A stretch of DNA of 64,000 bases from a virus: the IMG/VR virus record IMGVR_UViG_3300011113_000287, positions 28,156 through 92,155 of that record, one strand, 5' to 3'. The position numbers and the translations under genes are program-made. Below the pieces are notes generated by a model. It was not told where the DNA came from, did not search any database, and saw nothing but the letters and a program-made list of their open reading frames with translations. This document shows positions 25,953 to 36,263 of this stretch, one piece after another; position 1 is the stretch's first letter; the number at the start of each line of letters is the position of its first letter.

Positions 25953-26977
25953 CAGGCGGGTACTGTCAAATTAAAGTAGCCGAATGCTTGGTTCTTCAAC
26001 TCACGTTGTAACTCAATGTCCTCACGAACGGCTGCGGTAAGTGCATCTTTCCCCTGCCATTTTTGTTGACCAAATGAATAATAAGGACCAGACCGTGTGA
26101 TGATTCCCACGGCGATTCCGATGTTCACCACGTCCTTAACAGTGTCAAACTCTCCAAGGCGGAAGCCTCCTGTGCTCGTGAAGTAGAAGTCAACTACTGC
26201 CGTTTGTTGTGGACGGTATGTCTTGTTCTTGATGGTACGAGCCTTGATGGTCTGTCCAATGGCTTCGTCTTTTTCTTTAATCCACTCGTCACGTTTTACC
26301 TCAACACGACTGAAATAATGGAAGTTCTTTGCCTTCCCACCTGGGGTGGTGCGGTTGTCTCCCCACATTACGCCAATCTTTTCACGCCACTGGTTGATGA
26401 CCAAACCAGTGCAGGCTCTGTCTTCATTAATGAGTGAGCGACGTTGAGCCTTGGAGGACTTGCGAAAGAACTTGCCCGTCAAACGAGCACCCAAGCCAAC
26501 GGTGAAGTCTTCCATCATTTTCTCTGCCTCGTCCCCAGGAACAAGCGAAGGCAATGAGTCAATGACAATCATGTCAACTGCACGGTTGTCAAGTGCTTTG
26601 ATGATGAGGTCATACACCTGTTCCATTACGTTCGTCTCAACTACCCACAGGCGGTCAGTGTCTACGCCGATTGCTCGTGCGTACTGCGGAACGTACGTCT
26701 CTGCCGCAATCCACAGTGCCGTGAAGTCAGGGTTGATTTTCTGATTGGCGGCGATGGTTTTGTATGCCAACGCAGTCTTTCCCGATGACTCTTCTCCGAT
26801 GATTTCCGACCATTGGTTCAAGGGCCAACCACCACCAAGCATCAAGTCAAAAGCCAAGATGCCAGTGGTGATGCGTGGGACGTCCTCTTTTATTTCAGAA
26901 CCTTTGATTAAAACATCATCGCCATACTTCTTTGAGATGGCGGCAACGATTGATTCCAATGACTCATAGTCTCTCAT
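25952..26977 (-). CDS. recA: RecA/UvsX recombinase
   Basis: GEESSGKT, IVIDSL, INQWREKIG, TTPGGKA. Confidence 0.95.
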   Translation of the reverse strand: MRDYESLESIVAAISKKYGDDVLIKGSEIKEDVPRITTGILAFDLMLGGGWPLNQWSEIIGEESSGKTALAYKTIAANQKINPDFTALWIAAETYVPQYARAIGVDTDRLWVVETNVMEQVYDLIIKALDNRAVDMIVIDSLPSLVPGDEAEKMMEDFTVGLGARLTGKFFRKSSKAQRRSLINEDRACTGLVINQWREKIGVMWGDNRTTPGGKAKNFHYFSRVEVKRDEWIKEKDEAIGQTIKARTIKNKTYRPQQTAVVDFYFTSTGGFRLGEFDTVKDVVNIGIAVGIITRSGPYYSFGQQKWQGKDALTAAVREDIELQRELKNQAFGYFNLTVPA

Positions 26978-26987
26978 GTTGTGCTCC

Positions 26988-27356
26988 TTAGACGACCCAG
27001 TTTACCTGTGATGCTTGCTCATACAAACCATTCCAACCACATTCAAAACAATGTGGCGCTGGTGCTGCTCCGTGAATCATACTGTTTGCACCTCTTCCAG
27101 TACGACTAAATACATTCTTACTTCCGCAACTTGGGCAAGACAAGTGACCATCACGTTTCATTGCTTCCCCGCCTTTCCAGATGCGTATGGCAGTTCCCAT
27201 GCCAATTTGTGCGTCTGGTGCAATGTTTTCAACGGGCGCTTGTGGCGTTGGTTGTTGTGTTGGTAGCGGTCTATTGCTGTACGCTGCTGGATTTGGGTAA
27301 CTTGGTTGTGGAGAAGGCTTTTCGCCTTTTAGTTTTTTAGACCACCAGTCACTCAT
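26988..27356 (-). CDS. zinc-ribbon protein
   Basis: CPSCGS...CFECG. Confidence 0.7.
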   Translation of the reverse strand: MSDWWSKKLKGEKPSPQPSYPNPAAYSNRPLPTQQPTPQAPVENIAPDAQIGMGTAIRIWKGGEAMKRDGHLSCPSCGSKNVFSRTGRGANSMIHGAAPAPHCFECGWNGLYEQASQVNWVV

Positions 27357-27723
27357 CGTCTTCTTCAACCATCCAATCCTTCAAGGTTTCTTCGTCAATT
27401 ACTATAGAAATGTTGCCATTTTCCAAAAGCCTGTTGATTAGAGACATGCCGTAGGCGGTAAGTATTGGAATCAACTCTTCTTTTGGAGTACCTAGTTTAT
27501 CGTTCTTTTCTAGCAAATCCAGCACCCATGCGGCTGATTCTTCGGCGTTATGGGCAATGCCTTGATTAACAAACAACGCCCACCTGCTGGCTATGTCAAA
27601 AGTCTCAGCATCAGCAACGTCTTTTGACGGCGTAGAAAACCCCATGAAGTTGGCAAAAGATTGTCCTTGGGCAATTGACAACATTAAATAAAACAATCTT
27701 TTGTCTGCAATGCTATTTTCCAT
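27349..27723 (-). CDS. hypothetical protein
   Basis: coupled ORF. Confidence 0.65.
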   Translation of the reverse strand: MENSIADKRLFYLMLSIAQGQSFANFMGFSTPSKDVADAETFDIASRWALFVNQGIAHNAEESAAWVLDLLEKNDKLGTPKEELIPILTAYGMSLINRLLENGNISIVIDEETLKDWMVEEDDE

Positions 27724-27725
27724 GT

Positions 27726-29786
27726 CTATTCCTTTGCCTCCGCCCAACTCTTTGCGAACTGGTACGAAACTTTGATGGGAACCTTGTCTAGAACCTTACC
27801 GTCTCCCATTGCTTCTAAGAACGGGGTAATTATTGATGGTGCTTCGTTTTGTTTTACGGTAGCCACAAGTTCGTCATGCACTTGTACTACCAATTTTACA
27901 CTTGTATCTTTCATGGCGTAGTAAACATCAATCATTGCTTGTTTACAAAGGTCTGCCGCAGTTCCTTGAACAATGGCGTTGACAGCCTGCCGTTCTGCAC
28001 GTGCCCTCAGTTCTTTGTCCGTTGACCGAAGGTCGGGAAGGCGGCGGCGTCTACCGTAAAGCGTGCTGACATATCCGTCCTTACGGGCTTTTTCTACGAG
28101 ATGTCGTTTCCAATCCGTGAGTTCAGAGAACGTCCTGTAGTAACTGCTTAGAATCTCCTGTGCATCTTTTTCGGAGATGCCAGTAACACGAGCAAGTTTG
28201 ACTGAGCCGCCTCCATACGCAGTGAGGAAGTTGACACCCTTTCCAATCTGACGTTCTTCGGAGGTCACGTCTTCTGGCTTCTTCTTAAATACGGCTGATG
28301 CTGTTGCCGTGTGGATGTCTTCCTCGTTAGCAAACGTGTGCAAAAGCCTGCTGTCTTGGCTAAACATAGCCATGATGCGAAGTTCAATCTGGTCATAGTC
28401 GGCAACCAACAGCGTGTTGTCTCCATTGGCTACAAACAGTTTGCGAATGTTTGAAGTCCTTGGAATGTTTTGAAGGTTGGGGTCGGAGGAAGAAAGGCGA
28501 CCAGTGGCTGTGCGATGCAGGTGAAACGATGGGTGCAGCCTGCTCTTGTGTAATTTTGGTAAAAGACCGTCCACATAGGTGCTCTTCAACTTTTGCAACT
28601 CCGCCCATGTAAGAAGCATGGGAATGACTGGATGCTTGTTTTGCAGGCTCTTGAGGGACTCTTCGTCCACCGATGGTGCGCCTTTGCCAGTCATTTTGTA
28701 TGGCTTTAATCCCAAGCCTCCCTCCGACTTTTTGGAGAACAGGAACGTTTGCTTGTGCTTGTTGGAGTCGGGGTTGAACCCAACGGGGGCGTAGGACAAA
28801 ATGGAGTTAAGAGTGTCCTGCATCTCTTTGTCTAACTCATTGCCTAGTGCAGAAAGGTTGTTGGCGTCAACTGGGATGCCCTCGTTTTCTATGTGCATGA
28901 GGACTTCCAAAACACGGCTGTCCAATTCCAACGCTTTGGTCAGGTCAGAATGGGCACGTACTTTCTGAATCAATTTCTTGTAGAGCAACCATGTCCAACG
29001 TGCATCACGATGAACGTACAAAGCCGTTGAATCAAAGGCTGTGTTGGAAACAGTCTTTCCTAACTTTCCGCCGTTTTCGTAGGCTTTGTGTCCACCGTAG
29101 TTAGTTTCAATCAGAGTCTCTAGTGCATAATTTAGTAAGTTTTCATTTACAATGTGTTGGGTAATCATCGTGTCTACGTATGGACCAGGTGGTATTTCTC
29201 CGTAATACTTTGAGATTGACCGAGCGTCAAATTTTACGTTGTGCCCCACCTTGATAAGGTCACTAAAAAACAACGGACGCAGGCGTTCAAATACTTCGCT
29301 ACGTGACAATTGTTTAGGTGGTTCTCCGTACACGGCTGGTTTTACGTAACGAGCCTTAGCCATTGACTCCTGCCCGTTCTTCAGTAATTTACGAAAGCCA
29401 GGAGGAGGCACGGTGCTGCCGTCGCCAACTTCTTCTTTTTCCAACACTGACCCAAGGCGATGACCCATGGGGATTGCCCACGACCTGCCACTGGTAGCAA
29501 TGCCTATCCAGAACACCTCGTTACGTAGGGGATTGACGGCAATGTCTTTTAAATACTGGTTTGTGATGTTGTCGTGCGCCCGTTGAAGGATGTCTGGACT
29601 CTTGTTCTTAAGCCCTTTAACGTGCTCTTGAAAGTCCTTCTCCAAATGCTCCATGAGGTCGGGGTGATGCTCCAGCGTGGCTTGTGATTCCACGTCAAAG
29701 GCAAATGCCCCGACCCCACGAACGACTTTAATAAGTTCGTCTAATTCTTGGAGCGTACTGACAACGGGAGGTATTGAACTCCCCAT
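27726..29786 (-). CDS. polA: family A DNA polymerase with 3'-5' exonuclease
   Basis: DVE, HNVKFD, TGRLSSSDPNLQN, DYDQIELR, KGVNFLTAYG, VHDE. Confidence 0.96.
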   Translation of the reverse strand: MGSSIPPVVSTLQELDELIKVVRGVGAFAFDVESQATLEHHPDLMEHLEKDFQEHVKGLKNKSPDILQRAHDNITNQYLKDIAVNPLRNEVFWIGIATSGRSWAIPMGHRLGSVLEKEEVGDGSTVPPPGFRKLLKNGQESMAKARYVKPAVYGEPPKQLSRSEVFERLRPLFFSDLIKVGHNVKFDARSISKYYGEIPPGPYVDTMITQHIVNENLLNYALETLIETNYGGHKAYENGGKLGKTVSNTAFDSTALYVHRDARWTWLLYKKLIQKVRAHSDLTKALELDSRVLEVLMHIENEGIPVDANNLSALGNELDKEMQDTLNSILSYAPVGFNPDSNKHKQTFLFSKKSEGGLGLKPYKMTGKGAPSVDEESLKSLQNKHPVIPMLLTWAELQKLKSTYVDGLLPKLHKSRLHPSFHLHRTATGRLSSSDPNLQNIPRTSNIRKLFVANGDNTLLVADYDQIELRIMAMFSQDSRLLHTFANEEDIHTATASAVFKKKPEDVTSEERQIGKGVNFLTAYGGGSVKLARVTGISEKDAQEILSSYYRTFSELTDWKRHLVEKARKDGYVSTLYGRRRRLPDLRSTDKELRARAERQAVNAIVQGTAADLCKQAMIDVYYAMKDTSVKLVVQVHDELVATVKQNEAPSIITPFLEAMGDGKVLDKVPIKVSYQFAKSWAEAKE

Positions 29787-29789
29787 CGG

Positions 29790-30452
29790 CTAGTTACCAA
29801 GGTCTTCCGAAGCGATTGCCAACAGTTCCGCATAGGTGGGAACTTTGATGATGGATGAGTCGTACTTCTCTTCCTTGAACTTGATAAGCGACGATTCCGA
29901 AATGGGTTCAATCTTCCACTCTTCGGCAATGTCACGCTCACGGATGACCTGCAAATTGTACGACGTCGTTGCGCCCTTACCCGTACGGCTGATTGCCCAG
30001 TAGTGCTTGGTCAACGGACCAGTTTGCGGAGCCTTGTTCAGATTACGAAGTTGGTCAACAACACGGGGTCCAATTTCCAACGAACGCAGGACAGGGGACG
30101 CACCCACCGACAACAATACGACGTTGAAAGAAACACGCTGTGATGGACGATTTCCAAGTTCACAAATCGGGCATCCACGCTCTTCAAGTTCACGGATGCA
30201 GACAAACGACTTCTGTCCGTCACGCTCAACCCAGTGTTGGTGCCAAGCGGCGTACGGTTCGTCCTCAATGAACTTGATGACCTGTACGTCTTCGCTGACC
30301 TTGAGACGCTGTGCGTAGTTGGAGTCGGCGCTCTTCAAAGCGTCCACCTGCTGCCATCCGCCACGCAAGAGTTTGCGCTCAGTTACAGGTGCGACAGGAG
30401 TGTCCTGTTCTGTGTTGGGTGTCATTTCATCTGTGTCGTAATTACGGGGCAT
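29790..30452 (-). CDS. single-stranded DNA-binding protein (gp32-like)
   Basis: QHWV, SFVC...CPIC, ISRTGKG..TSY; adjacent to polA. Confidence 0.7.
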   Translation of the reverse strand: MPRNYDTDEMTPNTEQDTPVAPVTERKLLRGGWQQVDALKSADSNYAQRLKVSEDVQVIKFIEDEPYAAWHQHWVERDGQKSFVCIRELEERGCPICELGNRPSQRVSFNVVLLSVGASPVLRSLEIGPRVVDQLRNLNKAPQTGPLTKHYWAISRTGKGATTSYNLQVIRERDIAEEWKIEPISESSLIKFKEEKYDSSIIKVPTYAELLAIASEDLGN

Positions 30453-30473
30453 GTTCTTTTTTCCTTTGTGTGT

Positions 30474-30917
30474 TTAGTGGGGCCATTGCTCTTTGATGTA
30501 TTTTCTGAAACCGTTCCAATCTGCATTGTGAATGTCATGTATCTTGAAACGGTCTATTGCTTCCAGCAAGAACTCTACCTGCTCAACGCTGTAGAGCCTC
30601 CTTCCTTTTGAAGGTTTTTCTGGAAGTTGTTGCTTGACAGGTTTTGGAGTCCTGTACTTGGCTTTGGGTAGCCAACCACGGTGTTCCCATACCCTGAGCG
30701 TTGAGGGACTTTTTCGTAGGGCAATCGCAAGTTGTCCAATGGTGAACATGTGCACTTCTTGCCCATTGATTACGTACTTCTTTGGTTTTGCTCCGTTGAA
30801 ACGGTCTTCCGCAATTGCCGTATCTTTTTTCTGCCTGTTCTTGGGCGTGCGTCCTCCAGGAAAATCGGGAAGGTTGTTGAAGAAGTCCAACGGGTCTTTC
30901 ACGCTTTGAACGCCCAT
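30474..30917 (-). CDS. MerR-like HTH protein
   Basis: FTIGQLA..L.KSPSTLRVWE.RG.LP...RRLYS. Confidence 0.8.
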   Translation of the reverse strand: MGVQSVKDPLDFFNNLPDFPGGRTPKNRQKKDTAIAEDRFNGAKPKKYVINGQEVHMFTIGQLAIALRKSPSTLRVWEHRGWLPKAKYRTPKPVKQQLPEKPSKGRRLYSVEQVEFLLEAIDRFKIHDIHNADWNGFRKYIKEQWPH

Positions 30918-31294
30918 GTCTCTTTCTCTACGTAAAAACTTTGAACGGTAGGGAGGAGCGACTTGTCGTTCCACGCCACGGCAAGCAGTTTATCTTCGCT
31001 CAGACGCTCAACGACTTCCTTAACGTCGTCCCACAGTCCGTTTTCTTTTGCCCATTCCTCTGCTGTCCCGACATTGAACGTCTTGCTTACCCGACGCTCA
31101 CGCTTAAGTTCGTGACCACCAACGTTGAGCCAAATGTGCCCGCTGTCGTCAGGAGTTCCATGCTGTTCCACGACGGTGCTCAACTCTTTCTTGAGTTTGT
31201 CCACCCGTGCTTCCAATTGGCTGAGCAGTTTCTTTTGAGAAACAAACTCTTCAACCATTTTTGTGTAGTAAGACTCGTCAAATTGTTCTGACAT
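30899..31294 (-). CDS. hypothetical coiled-coil protein
   Basis: 131 aa. Confidence 0.7.
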   Translation of the reverse strand: MSEQFDESYYTKMVEEFVSQKKLLSQLEARVDKLKKELSTVVEQHGTPDDSGHIWLNVGGHELKRERRVSKTFNVGTAEEWAKENGLWDDVKEVVERLSEDKLLAVAWNDKSLLPTVQSFYVEKETWAFKA

Positions 31295-31295
31295 T

Positions 31296-32840
31296 TTATA
31301 CCTCCGAATGTTGTAGGAATTCTGTTAGTGAACTTAACGTCAACTCAAATCTACCTTGCGTGTCATAACCTTTGTCAATGAACGCTTCGTTGATTCCTCG
31401 TTTCTGCTGGAGCATCTCGTACTGTCGTTCCTCAATGCTCCCTTTCATAACAAAGGATGCTATCGTAACATGGGGGTGTTGCGAGGATAGGCGAATAATG
31501 CGAGCCTCCCGTTGGTCCAATTTTCCTGCGCTCCACGGCAGGTCGTACGAAATCAGATAGTTTGCTTGTGGTAAGTCCACGCCGTATCCACCAGCATCGG
31601 ATGACAGGAACAAGCGGGTATTTGGGTCCGTGGTAAACTTTTGTTTGGCTGCGTCTTTTTCTGATGCGTCCATGTCGCCCGTAAACAATACGCACGATGT
31701 AAGGCTTTTTGTGCGCTCTGCCAATAACTTAAGATTGTTTTTAAAGAAAGAAAATAAAACTACTTTGTTGTCGGGGTCTTCGTTCAGGATGTCCGTGATG
31801 TAGTCTATAACAGCATCCATTTTTGGGGTGTTGAACGGTTTTGTAAGCCATTGCATGTCCATGACTTCTTTGGCGTATTTACTGCCTCCATCACCATCAT
31901 TGTCTGTGTATTGTTTTGCTGACAACTCAACGAGCATTGGGTTGTCACACAACATTCTCAAAATGGTGAGGCGTGACATTATTTGTCCTTGCGCTTCGTT
32001 GGCAGCGGCGTTTCCGTGATAATGCGCCCATAAATCAAACCCTTTGCCATGAGTGTTAACGGCTTTCTTTATTTGGGACAACAGGTCATTTGCAATATTT
32101 GTATACGCCTGCGCTCCCTTTTCATCAAACTGGACGGGAATGACTGTTGAAATTACTTTGGGAAGTTGGTCTTCAATATCTTTTCTGTTTTTACGAACCA
32201 TTGCTTTTTCCATTGACTTGTTTAACAGGTTCAGATTGCGATACCTCGTCGGCCTTCCAAACTTGTCACGTACTATGAACGTTTTGTCAAATACGTCAAA
32301 CTTGCCCAGCACGTTTGCGTCAACAAATTCCATGATGGAAAACAGTTCTTCTGGTTTGTTTTCAATGGGCTGACCCGTAAGTGCAAAACGGTATTGGCAT
32401 TTCTTTCCCAGTTTTTTCAACAAACGTGAACGCTTGGCACGTGGAGATTTAATCATCGTTGCTTCATCAATGACCATGGCTTCAAACCGTAGTGAGTTAA
32501 AAAGGTGTACGTCGTTAACAAGGGTTTCAGGATTCACAATGACGTACTTGGCACGGAGAGCAGACCTCCATAACGTTTCCCTTGTTCTGGCATTGCCGTC
32601 AATAACTACGGCTCGTGAGTTTGTGAACTTGTTGATTTCTCGCAACCATTGGTATTTGAGAGCCGCTGGAACAACAATGATGGCCCTTGAGATTTCTTGT
32701 TGGTCAAACAAGGTTTCAAGAGAGTTGATGGTAATTACGGTTTTACCGCCACCCATGACAACGGCGAGGAGCATCTTGCCCCTGTCAATCATTTTCTCCC
32801 GTGCATCTTCTTGAAACGGGTACAGAGCGCCCTTAAACAT
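31296..32840 (-). CDS. SNF2-family helicase
   Basis: LYPFQ, MGGGKT, DEAT, TGQP, GGYGVDL, QREARI.R. Confidence 0.9.
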   Translation of the reverse strand: MFKGALYPFQEDAREKMIDRGKMLLAVVMGGGKTVITINSLETLFDQQEISRAIIVVPAALKYQWLREINKFTNSRAVVIDGNARTRETLWRSALRAKYVIVNPETLVNDVHLFNSLRFEAMVIDEATMIKSPRAKRSRLLKKLGKKCQYRFALTGQPIENKPEELFSIMEFVDANVLGKFDVFDKTFIVRDKFGRPTRYRNLNLLNKSMEKAMVRKNRKDIEDQLPKVISTVIPVQFDEKGAQAYTNIANDLLSQIKKAVNTHGKGFDLWAHYHGNAAANEAQGQIMSRLTILRMLCDNPMLVELSAKQYTDNDGDGGSKYAKEVMDMQWLTKPFNTPKMDAVIDYITDILNEDPDNKVVLFSFFKNNLKLLAERTKSLTSCVLFTGDMDASEKDAAKQKFTTDPNTRLFLSSDAGGYGVDLPQANYLISYDLPWSAGKLDQREARIIRLSSQHPHVTIASFVMKGSIEERQYEMLQQKRGINEAFIDKGYDTQGRFELTLSSLTEFLQHSEV

Positions 32841-33753
32841 TTACCCACCATGGTAGTACAGTTGCCGTCTTTACCGCAATTCCAAGTTCTTCGTCTGACA
32901 TCTCACCAATGTCTTTGGCTTTAGTGTGTTTATAGTACAACCATCTTACACCGTTACGAAAAGATGGTAGTGCAGTCATCAACTTGTTACCAACGGTAAT
33001 ACCAGCCTCATCATTGTCAAGAGCGACAATGAGAAGGTCGCACGCCTTTTCAAGAATGTCAATCTGTTTTTTACTAACCTGTACCCCAAAACTGGCAAGG
33101 CATTGAAAGCCCGAATAAGCGGATGCAAAACGAACTACGTCAAGTGGTGACTCCACAAGCACTGCGGTGCGTGAGGTAAAGCGGTCAATACCAAACAAAG
33201 TATCTGACTTCTTTACACCGTTTGGTTGGTTGAGTACCCCGTATGATGACTTCTCTTGCCAACCAAGAAGGTCTCCCGTTGGGGAAATGATAGGAATAAT
33301 CCACGCTCTTTTGGATGTATCCCATCGGATACCATATTTTTCGGCTGCGCTTGCCTTGAGGTTGCGTTTGACCAATTGGTCATACGGGGGCTTGTCAAAC
33401 GACATGTACGTTTCCCAATCAACGTCCGACTTAATCTTCTGTACTTTGGGCTTGGTAAGTTGTTCCATTCCTGCGTTCATGAGCAGGTGATAGATGGACG
33501 ACACCGACTCGTAACTGCCCGTAATTTCTGCAATCAACTGCGGAAGGTTTCCACGTGACCCGCACGAATGGCATAACCACAGTCCTGTAGTGGCGTTCAT
33601 TGACCACGACGGTGACCTGTCTGGTTTCCCCGTAGCCTTCTCGTGCACGGGGCAGCAACCGATTAATTCGTTTCCAGACTCACGACGCACATCCACGCCA
33701 AGGGCGTCAAGCACGTCACGAAAATTAGTAATACCAGTTGTCATTGTCATCAT
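32833..33753 (-). CDS. DNA primase (zinc finger + TOPRIM)
   Basis: CPVH...CHSC; VESPLD; DNDEAG; KDIG; start approximate. Confidence 0.88.
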   Translation of the reverse strand: MMTMTTGITNFRDVLDALGVDVRRESGNELIGCCPVHEKATGKPDRSPSWSMNATTGLWLCHSCGSRGNLPQLIAEITGSYESVSSIYHLLMNAGMEQLTKPKVQKIKSDVDWETYMSFDKPPYDQLVKRNLKASAAEKYGIRWDTSKRAWIIPIISPTGDLLGWQEKSSYGVLNQPNGVKKSDTLFGIDRFTSRTAVLVESPLDVVRFASAYSGFQCLASFGVQVSKKQIDILEKACDLLIVALDNDEAGITVGNKLMTALPSFRNGVRWLYYKHTKAKDIGEMSDEELGIAVKTATVLPWWVNV

Positions 33754-34981
33754 CGGGACCTTCCTCCACTTCTGAGAAGTCCATGTTGCTCCAATCCCAT
33801 TTAATCCTGACCTCTCCCTTTGGTGCGGTACGAGCAAGTACGACACGCAGGATTGCTTGGTCATCAATGTCTGGGTCCGATTCAACGCCGATAACTAAGT
33901 CTGAGTCCTGTGCAAATGATGACGTGTAGCCAATGGCGTCGGCGGTAATCTGTCTACTCTTGCGGTTGCCAAGTTTCCAACTGAGCACCTGCGTGGTTCC
34001 AATGATTGGAATGTCGTAACGCTGTGCCAACCTCTTCAACGAACGTGTGATGTTGGTCAATGCCTGCGGAGAGCCTTTGGGTTCGCCCTGCTCGTCGTCC
34101 ATCAGATAAACGCCGTCAACGACCAGCAGGTCTGGTTTGTGTTGCTGGAGTTTTCCTGCAATTGCGCTGACAGTCGTGAGTGACGAGATGTCCTCGGAAA
34201 TAATAAACGGGTGCATGTTCTTTCTAAGAGAGATTGACTTTCGTATCTTTTCAATCTCTGCGTTCGTAAGGTCTCCACGCATCAACTTGGTGTGTGAGAT
34301 TCCAGCGACTATTGCGTCGTAACGTGCCGATTGCTCCTCTGCGCTCATCTCAAACGAAATGTACAACGGAACTTTGCCGTGGTTGTGTACGGCATTTGAA
34401 ATGATGAGCGTAATGAGTGACTTACCTTTCTTGGCTTCACCAACCAACGTAATCAACTGTTGAGGACGTAAGCCAGAGGTAATCCTGTCCAATCCTGCAA
34501 AGCCAGTGGGAATACCACGAATGGCGTTGGGAGTGTCCTTCATCAACAAATATCGCTCAATGCGCTGTTCCCACGTTTCAATGAGGTTGATGTCACGAAG
34601 TCGGGCGGTGTCTGCGGAAGCAACTTGCAGTCCTTGTGCAATGACGTTTATCGCCTCTTGTGTTTCGTTTTCGTTGAGCAGTGGAACGGCTGACGAAAGG
34701 GTCTCCACCATCTTTTGGTGACGGTACGAGGTAATCAATTCCTCAATGAGGTTTGAAAACTGCTCACGAGATGCATCCAACAATGAGACGTTTCCGTACT
34801 CTTGGTTGAACGCTCGTTCTGAGGGAACGGCGCTGTGGTCACGCCAGTATGTAACTACCCATTCCCAAATGTCCGACCACTGCGCTGAGAAATGCTGTGG
34901 CTTTAGTCCTGCCTCCACCACTGGAAGAACTTCGTTTTCTTGAATGACCTTGCTGATTAAAAGGTGCTCTGTACTTGCCAC
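33725..34981 (-). CDS. dnaB: DnaB-like replicative helicase
   Basis: PTGF..LD, GEAKKGKS, SFEM, VVDG, QDSD. Confidence 0.92.
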   Translation of the reverse strand: MASTEHLLISKVIQENEVLPVVEAGLKPQHFSAQWSDIWEWVVTYWRDHSAVPSERAFNQEYGNVSLLDASREQFSNLIEELITSYRHQKMVETLSSAVPLLNENETQEAINVIAQGLQVASADTARLRDINLIETWEQRIERYLLMKDTPNAIRGIPTGFAGLDRITSGLRPQQLITLVGEAKKGKSLITLIISNAVHNHGKVPLYISFEMSAEEQSARYDAIVAGISHTKLMRGDLTNAEIEKIRKSISLRKNMHPFIISEDISSLTTVSAIAGKLQQHKPDLLVVDGVYLMDDEQGEPKGSPQALTNITRSLKRLAQRYDIPIIGTTQVLSWKLGNRKSRQITADAIGYTSSFAQDSDLVIGVESDPDIDDQAILRVVLARTAPKGEVRIKWDWSNMDFSEVEEGPDDDNDNWYY

Positions 34982-35412
34982 TAAACAATCCACGCTTTCT
35001 TTTTGTCCACTACGTGAGAACGCAACCCAATACTAGAGGCTTGTTCTTGATTTGCAACGTAGATGGTTTTCAACGAACGTTGAAATTTTAAGTCGTACGC
35101 CAACTCTTCAACGTTGAGATAATAAAACACGGCAACTGATACCCCTTTGCGTGACAACCAGCGTTCAATGGGGTCTACTGCTTCTGGGTCAATAAAAGTG
35201 TAAACGTCGGTTGCAATACCTAAACGAACGCACGAGTCAATCATTGCTTTTAACGGTAGTTCGTGGGGTATAGCGGATTGTATATAACGCTCCCAATTGT
35301 TTCGTTGTTTGTAGAACTTGGCGGTCAGAGTGTCGGGAAGGGTTGCAAGCACTCCCTCAAAAATAACGCCCTGTCCCCTTACCCAATGTTCAGCAATGTC
35401 ATTTCCCTGCAT
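34981..35412 (-). CDS. hypothetical protein, possibly degenerate HAD-like
   Basis: VIFEGVLA motif-I-like. Confidence 0.5.
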   Translation of the reverse strand: MQGNDIAEHWVRGQGVIFEGVLATLPDTLTAKFYKQRNNWERYIQSAIPHELPLKAMIDSCVRLGIATDVYTFIDPEAVDPIERWLSRKGVSVAVFYYLNVEELAYDLKFQRSLKTIYVANQEQASSIGLRSHVVDKKKAWIV

Positions 35413-36034
35413 TGCGTTGGTCCGTCCCTGATACAGGAACGAGTCGGCACGCCGATTGCAGGATTGACACGAATCGTTCTCCGTAGCGCATAGTCAGTTT
35501 CTTGGGGTTGTACAGGCTGGTGATAACCGTGGGAAGGTTGGCATTGATGCGTTGGTACAGGAGGTTGGAAATTGAACGGGTGGTGAACTCCGTTTCGTTC
35601 TCGTCACCAAGTCCGTCTAACACCACCACGTCGTACACCGACCTGACGTACTTTGAAATGTAAGGATTGACGTACTCATCGGGCAACGAACCGTCGTTGT
35701 TCAACTCGTCGTACATCATCTCAATGTATGTTGTGGCAGGGATGAAATAACCACTGACTGCATTTGCAGTAATTGCCTGTTTTAACAAACCAACCGCAAG
35801 GTGCGTTTTTCCTACGCCAGTTCCGCCGAACAAGTACAAACCAGTCCCATTGGATACGTTTTCGTCAGTGTGTTTCAACCATGTCATGACGGCATAGTGA
35901 ACGTCGTAGTCACCAATTGACTTGTCGTAGTTGTCCAGCGTCATCGGCTCAAACCTCTTGGGTATGCGAGCGTTCTTCAGCCGTTCTTCTACTGGTCGGT
36001 TTTTCCAGTAGCGATTGCCTTTCCATTCAGTCAT
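35399..36034 (-). CDS. DnaC/IstB-like helicase-loader ATPase
   Basis: IPKRF, GGTGVGKTHLA, VVLDGLG, PTVITS, GTDQR. Confidence 0.88.
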   Translation of the reverse strand: MTEWKGNRYWKNRPVEERLKNARIPKRFEPMTLDNYDKSIGDYDVHYAVMTWLKHTDENVSNGTGLYLFGGTGVGKTHLAVGLLKQAITANAVSGYFIPATTYIEMMYDELNNDGSLPDEYVNPYISKYVRSVYDVVVLDGLGDENETEFTTRSISNLLYQRINANLPTVITSLYNPKKLTMRYGERFVSILQSACRLVPVSGTDQRNAGK

Positions 36035-36263
36035 CTTCTGTCCTAATCTCAAACGGGTCTTCGGGAAATATGTTGTGCGGAACCGTGCAAGTGTCCATTC
36101 TGAAGTGCATCAGATATGAGTCCTTGTCGGCAAACAACGTGTCACACATCGTACAGTGGTACAACTCAATGGTTTCTTCCGTTTCTTTTAAAGGCTCGTT
36201 GTCGGTGATGGAGCCACGAAACAACGTCTGAAGTTTAGTAACGAAGAACCACCAGGCACTCAT
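36027..36263 (-). CDS. small C2H-type zinc-finger protein
   Basis: YHCTMCDTLF......MH...C. Confidence 0.55.
   Translation of the reverse strand: MSAWWFFVTKLQTLFRGSITDNEPLKETEETIELYHCTMCDTLFADKDSYLMHFRMDTCTVPHNIFPEDPFEIRTEDD

Noticed and set aside
25952-34981. Inteins or introns in RecA, PolA or DnaB
   Set aside because: Protein lengths are normal, no C...HN splice junctions or homing-endonuclease motifs are seen, and the PolA inserts are short.
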